Below, piece after piece: positions 1-9,000 of a stretch of DNA of 64,000 bases. How positions within the stretch are numbered: the first letter of the stretch is position 1; each line of letters begins with the position of its first letter. The position numbers and the translations under genes were made by a program. The stretch comes from Naegleria gruberi (lineage: Eukaryota). The stretch lies in assembly GCA_000004985.1 (NCBI GenBank), contig GG738900.1; one strand, 5' to 3'. The notes beneath the pieces were generated by a model, which saw only the letters and a list, made by a program, of their open reading frames with translations, did not search any database and was not told where the DNA came from.

Positions 1-3000
1 TCAGTGCCAAAATAGTTAATCGATGAGCAATTGCAAGTATTGAAATCTGAACAATTACCTCTCGATGTACAAACCTTAGAATTATTAGATTGAATAGAAC
101 CACATGTGGTCAATTCACATGTATCACCAAAGTAGTTATCTCTGCATGAACAATTGTTGAAAGAGGAACATTCACCTCTTGATGAACAAACTGTTGTTTC
201 CGTGTGGTTAACACCATTACAAGTAAAGTATTGACAATCATTTCCATTATAATGTTCTTCGCATTGGCATCTGTCAAATGAAGCACATTTACCAAAACCA
301 GAACAAACTGATGATGTGTTAGAGGACACTCCATTACATGTTGTAACTTCACATGTTGAACCGTAGTAGTTTGTATCACAATCACAATCATTTACATCAA
401 CACAAGAACCATGACCACTACAAACGCTGGAATCATTACTCAAAATACCATCACAAATGGTAACTTCGCACATTGGACCAAACATATTGGCCATACAAAC
501 ACATGTATTTCCATCAATACAATCACCACGACCAGAGCATGTTGAATTGGAGAATTTTGAAACACCGAAACAATTGAAATTTTCGCATTCACTTCCGTAG
601 TAACCAGCAGAACAATTACAAATATTGTAATCCATACAGGAACCCTTTGAAGAACAAACCTTAGAATCATTAGATTGAATTGAACCACATGTGGTCAATT
701 CACAATCGTTACCAAAGTAGTTGTCTCTACAAGTGCAATTGTTGTAGCTTGAACATTCACCTCTTGAAGAGCAAACTGTTGATTCAGTGTGATTGACACT
801 ATTGCAGGTGAAGAATTGACAATTATTTCCAAAGTAACCTTCATCACATTCACATTTTTCATAGCTTGTACAATGACCTCTTGAGGAACAAACAGATGAA
901 TTCAAATGTTCAATTCCATTACAATTAAAGTATTCACAATTATCACCATAATATCCTTCATCGCATGCACAAGAATCAAAATCTGCACATTGTCCCTTTC
1001 CAGAGCATACATTGGTATCGTTGGAAAGAATTGAATTACAACTAGTTAATTCGCATTCGTCTCCCAAATAATTAAGGAAACATGAACAATTATTGGTTGA
1101 CATGCATGAACCACGTGAATGACAAGCTGTCAAATTGACGTTTAAAATTTCAAAACATTTGAATTCAGAACAATCAGAACCAAATGAATTTTCAAAACAT
1201 TGACAGGAATTAAATTGAGCACAAACACCCTTTCCTGAACATGTCAAATCTGTTTGATTGGACGGAATTCCAAAACACGAAGTAACTTGACAGAATTGAC
1301 CATAATTATTTTCAGTACAATTGCAGTGATCTGTTTCAATGCATTGACCACGACCAGAACAAACAATTGATTCGTTGCTCAACGCTCCATTACATTTGTA
1401 CAATGAACAATCAGGACCATAAGCGTCTGGATCACAAATACAAGTATTCATATCAGAACATTGTCCTCTACCTGAACAAACTAATTGTGATTGATTTGAG
1501 GCAATTGAATAACAATTTGTCACTTGACAATAATCACCATAATAACCCTCTCTACATGAACATTGGTTTGGTGATAAACATTCACCTCTTCCAGAACAAA
1601 CCATTGTTTCATTACTTAAAACAGCATTACAAATAGTAACAGAACAGTTCAATCCAAAGTAATTTGAAGCACATTTACATTCATCTGTACGTGAGCAAAG
1701 ACCATGTCCAGAGCAAACTTTAGATTCTGTGTTATTCAAACCAAAACATGTATGATATTGACAATTATCTCCATAGTATCCTTCTGAACAATTACATTGA
1801 TTGTAATCAGAACAAAGACCTCTTCCAGAACAAACACTCTTATTAGCCATATCGACTCCATAACATGATGTTCTCTCACAGAATTTACCATAATATCCTT
1901 CTGTACAATTACAAGAATCTGTTCCAATACAGTGTCCCCTTGAACTACAAACAATATTGGTAAAATTACTAAATGTGCCATTACATTTAGATATGGAACA
2001 ATCATCACCATACGCATCTGAAAGACAAACACACGTATCGATATCTGAACAATTACCTCTTCCCGAACAAACAGCTTTTTCGGTATTCATTGTTCCACGA
2101 CATGAAAAGACAGAACAAATACTTCCAGAATAACCCAAATTACAAGTACAATTATTGTAAGTTGCACAGAACCCGTGACGGGAGCAAACTTGGTGACTAG
2201 TAGAGGAAACTCCGCCACAAGTTGTATTTTCACAATTTGATCCAAAATATCCTGTATCACAACTACAATGATCAGCTCCAGTACAAGAACCATGAGAACT
2301 ACAAACTGTAGAATTTACAGCTGGAATGCCGTTACAAATTGGAATTTCACAGTTTGAGCCTTCATATCCCAAGGTTTCATCACAATTACAAATGTCCAAA
2401 TGTGTACAGAAACCACGACCAGAACAAACACTAGGAATATTAGTTGGTACCCCAAAGCAACTGGTGATTTCACAGAAATCACCAGAGTAAGTGTTTGGAC
2501 AAACACAAATATCAAGATCAATGCAAGTACCTACACCATTACAGACCTCTGTAGAATTGGAAGAAATAGAATCACAGGATGTAAATTCACAACGTGGTCC
2601 ATAATAACCATCAAGACAAGAACAAACATCAAATCTGGAACAAGATCCTCTTCCTGAACACACCGTAGAATGGTTTGTTGCTTCAATACCAAAGCAAGTT
2701 GTAAGTTCACACCAAGGTCCATAATAGTTTTGAGTACAGTTGCAAGTATCTAGGCCGACACATTTACCATGACCACTGCAAGATTTGGTTTCATTACTAT
2801 AAATATCATTACATGATGTAACTTCACAATTGATTCCATAGAATTCAGGTTGACATACACATGTATCATAATTAACACATGAACCCTTGCCTGAACAAGT
2901 TTCGTTTGATAATCTAGAGATACCAAAACATTCAAAATCTTGGCAAGTATGTCCATAATAACCTTCTAAACATGAACACTTGTCAAAAGCAGTACAATTA

Positions 3001-6000
3001 CCCTTCTCTCCACAAACGGAAGAGTTGGTGGATTCAACACCATAACATGTTGTTATTTCACACCATTTACCATAATAACCATCAGCACAAGAACAATTGT
3101 TTGGTGAAATACAATCTCCTCTTCCTGCACCAGAACATAAACCAACTAATCCATTACATATTGGAATTTCACAATCTGGACCACCATATCCAAGAGTTAA
3201 ATTACAAGTACAGTTATTGTAGAATTCACAAACACCACGTTTGTTACAAGCAAGAGGTGAAGTATTGTTAATACCATTACAAGTTGTGAATTGACACATT
3301 TGTCCATAATAACCAAAATCACATACACACTTGTCTCTTCCAGCACAGTTACCATGTCCACTGCATACATATGTTTCATTACCATAAACACCATAACAAA
3401 TGGAGACAGAGCAGTCATCGCCATAGGAATCTTCCTTACAAATACATTTGTTGTAGTCAATACATTGACCTTTTCCTGCACATGTGAGATTAGAGTGATG
3501 ATCAATTAAATAGCATGAGAAAATATCCAAGCATTCAGAATTTACATAAGGCTCCTTTGGATCACAAGTGATTGGAGCATCAAATGAAGCTTCTTGGAGA
3601 GTAACTTGACCCAATTCCTCAGAATGAACCCAAACTGCACCGTGTATCTTACCTGCAACCCAAAATTCTTGACCATACTTTGCAATAACAGTTCCATGAA
3701 CATGATTGACAAAGACATTTCCGTGAAGTGTTGTACTTAAGATCCAATCAGAAACGGTATTGCCAAAGTAATAAGTAGACCAGAATACATTTCTATATGA
3801 GGCACATTTTTCATATTTGAATTCTGCACCATAATAATGGATATATGGTGCTCTGAACACTACAGGTTCAGTTCCGACAATTACAAACTTGTGACCTTCA
3901 ATTAGCCAACTGTCCCTCAAACAATAGACACCCCCAAATTCAACAATGATGAGTTTTCCTAAAGAATCTGGATTATTAATGATGAAATCACATGGGAGTG
4001 TATTCAATTCATCAACTCTTTTTCCAACCTCATCAACTAGATTTTTGCCAAATTCATCATATGTGTATGTAATTCCATAACTTCCATTTCCAACATAAGG
4101 ATAGACTGGATCAGGGAATAGGAAGGTTGGAGGAGTAATAACCTGAGAAGGAATAGCAATACTTGCTGTCAAGACAGAATTAGCTAGAGAGTTTTTAGCA
4201 AGCAAAGCAGGTTTGTTACTGATCATCTTGTAGCAAGCAAAAATATCACTTTCACATTCAGCACCAGCATAACCACCACGCAAGAACAATNNNNNNNNNN
4301 NNNNNNNNNNNNNNNNNNNNNNNNNNNNNNNNNNNNNNNNNNNNNNNNNNNNNNNNNNNNNNNNNNNNNNNNNNNNNNNNNNNNNNNNNNNNNNNNNNNN
4401 NNNNNNNNNNNNNNNNNNNNNNNNNNNNNNNNNNNNNNNNNNNNNNNNNNNNNNNNNNNNNNNNNNNNNNNNNNNNNNNNNNNNNNNNNNNNNNNNNNNN
4501 NNNNNNNNNNNNNNNNNNNNNNNNNNNNNNNNNNNNNNNNNNNNNNNNNNNNNNNNNNNNNNNNNNNNNNNNNNNNNNNNNNNNNNNNNNNNNNNNNNNN
4601 NNNNNNNNNNNNNNNNNNNNNNNNNNNNNNNNNNNNNNNNNNNNNNNNNNNNNNNNNNNNNNNNNNNNNNNNNNNNNNNNNNNNNNNNNNNNNNNNNNNN
4701 NNNNNNNNNNNNNNNNNNNNNNNNNNNNNNNNNNNNNNNNNNNNNNNNNNNNNNNNNNNNNNNNNNNNNNNNNNNNNNNNNNNNNNNNNNNNNNNNNNNN
4801 NNNNNNNNNNNNNNNNNNNNNNNNNNNNNNNNNNNNNNNNNNNNNNNNNNNNNNNNNNNNNNNNNNNNNNNNNNNNNNNNNNNNNNNNNNNNNNNNNNNN
4901 NNNNNNNNNNNNNNNNNNNNNNNNNNNNNNNNNNNNNNNNNNNNNNNNNNNNNNNNNNNNNNNNNNNNNNNNNNNNNNNNNNNNNNNNNNNNNNNNNNNN
5001 NNNNNNNNNNNNNNNNNNNNNNNNNNNNNNNNNNNNNNNNNNNNNNNNNNNNNNNNNNNNNNNNNNNNNNNNNNNNNNNNNNNNNNNNNNNNNNNNNNNN
5101 NNNNNNNNNNNNNNNNNNNNNNNNNNNNNNNNNNNNNNNNNNNNNNNNNNNNNNNNNNNNNNNNNNNNNNNNNNNNNNNNNNNNNNNNNNNNNNNNNNNN
5201 NNNNNNNNNNNNNNNNNNNNNNNNNNNNNNNNNNNNNNNNNNNNNNNNNNNNNNNNNNNNNNNNNNNNNNNNNNNNNNNNNNNNNNNNNNNNNNNNNNNN
5301 NNNNNNNNNNNNNNNNNNNNNNNNNNNNNNNNNNNNNNNNNNNNNNNNNNNNNNNNNNNNNNNNNNNNNNNNNNNNNNNNNNNNNNNNNNNNNNNNNNNN
5401 NNNNNNNNNNNNNNNNNNNNNNNNNNNNNNNNNNNNNNNNNNNNNNNNNNNNNNNNNNNNNNNNNNNNNNNNNNNNNNNNNNNNNNNNNNNNNNNNNNNN
5501 NNNNNNNNNNNNNNNNNNNNNNNNNNNNNNNNNNNNNNNNNNNNNNNNNNNNNNNNNNNNNNNNNNNNNNNNNNNNNNNNNNNNNNNNNNNNNNNNNNNN
5601 NNNNNNNNNNNNNNNNNNNNNNNNNNNNNNNNNNNNNNNNNNNNNNNNNNNNNNNNNNNNNNNNNNNNNNNNNNNNNNNNNNNNNNNNNNNNNNNNNNNN
5701 NNNNNNNNNNNNNNNNNNNNNNNNNNNNNNNNNNNNNNNNNNNNNNNNNNNNNNNNNNNNNNNNNNNNNNNNNNNNNNNNNNNNNNNNNNNNNNNNNNNN
5801 NNNNNNNNNNNNNNNNNNNNNNNNNNNNNNNNNNNNNNNNNNNNNNNNNNNNNNNNNNNNNNNNNNNNNNNNNNNNNNNNNNNNNNNNNNNNNNNNNNNN
5901 NNNNNNNNNNNNNNNNNNNNNNNNNNNNNNNNNNNNNNNNNNNNNNNNNNNNNNNNNNNNNNNNNNNNNNNNNNNNNNNNNNNNNNNNNNNNNNNNNNNN

Positions 6001-9000
6001 NNNNNNNNNNNNNNNNNNNNNNNNNNNNNNNNNNNNNNNNNNNNNNNNNNNNNNNNNNNNNNNNNNNNNNNNNNNNNNNNNNNNNNNNNNNNNNNNNNNN
6101 NNNNNNNNNNNNNNNNNNNNNNNNNNNNNNNNNNNNNNNNNNNNNNNNNNNNNNNNNNNNNNNNNNNNNNNNNNNNNNNNNNNNNNNNNNNNNNNNNNNN
6201 NNNNNNNNNNNNNNNNNNNNNNNNNNNNNNNNNNNNNNNNNNNNNNNNNNNNNNNNNNNNNNNNNNNNNNNNNNNNNNNNNNNNNNNNNNNNNNNNNNNN
6301 NNNNNNNNNNNNNNNNNNNNNNNNNNNNNNNNNNNNNNNNNNNNNNNNNNNNNNNNNNNNNNNNNNNNNNNNNNNNNNNNNNNNNNNNNNNNNNNNNNNN
6401 NNNNNNNNNNNNNNNNNNNNNNNNNNNNNNNNNNNNNNNNNNNNNNNNNNNNNNNNNNNNNNNNNNNNNNNNNNNNNNNNNNNNNNNNNNNNNNNNNNNN
6501 NNNNNNNNNNNNNNNNNNNNNNNNNNNNNNNNNNNNNNNNNNNNNNNNNNNNNNNNNNNNNNNNNNNNNNNNNNNNNNNNNNNNNNNNNNNNNNNNNNNN
6601 NNNNNNNNNNNNNNNNNNNNNNNNNNNNNNNNNNNNNNNNNNNNNNNNNNNNNNNNNNNNNNNNNNNNNNNNNNNNNNNNNNNNNNNNNNNNNNNNNNNN
6701 NNNNNNNNNNNNNNNNNNNNNNNNNNNNNNNNNNNNNNNNNNNNNNNNNNNNNNNNNNNNNNNNNNNNNNNNNNNNNNNNNNNNNNNNNNNNNNNNNNNN
6801 NNNNNNNNNNNNNNNNNNNNNNNNNNNNNNNNNNNNNNNNNNNNNNNNNNNNNNNNNNNNNNNNNNNNNNNNNNNNNNNNNNNNNNNNNNNNNNNNNNNN
6901 NNNNNNNNNNNNNNNNNNNNNNNNNNNNNNNNNNNNNNNNNNNNNNNNNNNNNNNNNNNNNNNNNNNNNNNNNNNNNNNNNNNNNNNNNNNNNNNNNNNN
7001 NNNNNNNNNNNNNNNNNNNNNNNNNNNNNNNNNNNNNNNNNNNNNNNNNNNNNNNNNNNNNNNNNNNNNNNNNNNNNNNNNNNNNNNNNNNNNNNNNNNN
7101 NNNNNNNNNNNNNNNNNNNNNNNNNNNNNNNNNNNNNNNNNNNNNNNNNNNNNNNNNNNNNNNNNNNNNNNNNNNNNNNNNNNNNNNNNNNNNNNNNNNN
7201 NNNNNNNNNNNNNNNNNNNNNNNNNNNNNNNNNNNNNNNNNNNNNNNNNNNNNNNNNNNNNNNNNNNNNNNNNNNNNNNNNNNNNNNNNNNNNNNNNNNN
7301 NNNNNNNNNNNNNNNNNNNNNNNNNNNNNNNNNNNNNNNNNNNNNNNNNNNNNNNNNNNNNNNNNNNNNNNNNNNNNNNNNNNNNNNNNNNNNNNNNNNN
7401 NNNNNNNNNNNNNNNNNNNNNNNNNNNNNNNNNNNNNNNNNNNNNNNNNNNNNNNNNNNNNNNNNNNNNNNNNNNNNNNNNNNNNNNNNNNNNNNNNNNN
7501 NNNNNNNNNNNNNNNNNNNNNNNNNNNNNNNNNNNNNNNNNNNNNNNNNNNNNNNNNNNNNNNNNNNNNNNNNNNNNNNNNNNNNNNNNNNNNNNNNNNN
7601 NNNNNNNNNNNNNNNNNNNNNNNNNNNNNNNNNNNNNNNNNNNNNNNNNNNNNNNNNNNNNNNNNNNNNNNNNNNNNNNNNNNNNNNNNNNNNNNNNNNN
7701 NNNNNNNNNNNNNNNNNNNNNNNNNNNNNNNNNNNNNNNNNNNNNNNNNNNNNNNNNNNNNNNNNNNNNNNNNNNNNNNNNNNNNNNNNNNNNNNNNNNN
7801 NNNNNNNNNNNNNNNNNNNNNNNNNNNNNNNNNNNNNNNNNNNNNNNNNNNNNNNNNNNNNNNNNNNNNNNNNNNNNNNNNNNNNNNNNNNNNNNNNNNN
7901 NNNNNNNNNNNNNNNNNNNNNNNNNNNNNNNNNNNNNNNNNNNNNNNNNNNNNNNNNNNNNNNNNNNNNNNNNNNNNNNNNNNNNNNNNNNNNNNNNNNN
8001 NNNNNNNNNNNNNNNNNNNNNNNNNNNNNNNNNNNNNNNNNNNNNNNNNNNNNNNNNNNNNNNNNNNNNNNNNNNNNNNNNNNNNNNNNNNNNNNNNNNN
8101 NNNNNNNNNNNNNNNNNNNNNNNNNNNNNNNNNNNNNNNNNNNNNNNNNNNNNNNNNNNNNNNNNNNNNNNNNNNNNNNNNNNNNNNNNNNNNNNNNNNN
8201 NNNNNNNNNNNNNNNNNNNNNNNNNNNNNNNNNNNNNNNNNNNNNNNNNNNNNNNNNNNNNNNNNNNNNNNNNNNNNNNNNNNNNNNNNNNNNNNNNNNN
8301 NNNNNNNNNNNNNNNNNNNNNNNNNNNNNNNNNNNNNNNNNNNNNNNNNNNNNNNNNNNNNNNNNNNNNNNNNNNNNNNNNNNNNNNNNNNNNNNNNNNN
8401 NNNNNNNNNNNNNNNNNNNNNNNNNNNNNNNNNNNNNNNNNNNNNNNNNNNNNNNNNNNNNNNNNNNNNNNNNNNNNNNNNNNNNNNNNNNNNNNNNNNN
8501 NNNNNNNNNNNNNNNNNNNNNNNNNNNNNNNNNNNNNNNNNNNNNNNNNNNNNNNNNNNNNNNNNNNNNNNNNNNNNNNNNNNNNNNNNNNNNNNNNNNN
8601 NNNNNNNNNNNNNNNNNNNNNNNNNNNNNNNNNNNNNNNNNNNNNNNNNNNNNNNNNNNNNNNNNNNNNNNNNNNNNNNNNNNNNNNNNNNNNNNNNNNN
8701 NNNNNNNNNNNNNNNNNNNNNNNNNNNNNNNNNNNNNNNNNNNNNNNNNNNNNNNNNNNNNNNNNNNNNNNNNNNNNNNNNNNNNNNNNNNNNNNNNNNN
8801 NNNNNNNNNNNNNNNNNNNNNNNNNNNNNNNNNNNNNNNNNNNNNNNNNNNNNNNNNNNNNNNNNNNNNNNNNNNNNNNNNNNNNNNNNNNNNNNNNNNN
8901 NNNNNNNNNNNNNNNNNNNNNNNNNNNNNNNNNNNNNNNNNNNNNNNNNNNNNNNNNNNNNNNNNNNNNNNNNNNNNNNNNNNNNNNNNNNNNNNNNNNN

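Noticed and set aside
110-3509. Many 60-100-aa ORFs on both strands inside the first 3.5 kb
   Set aside because: These are off-frame or antisense read-throughs of the EGF-repeat gene. They are V/I/L-rich translations of a Cys-codon-rich sequence, with no independent support.
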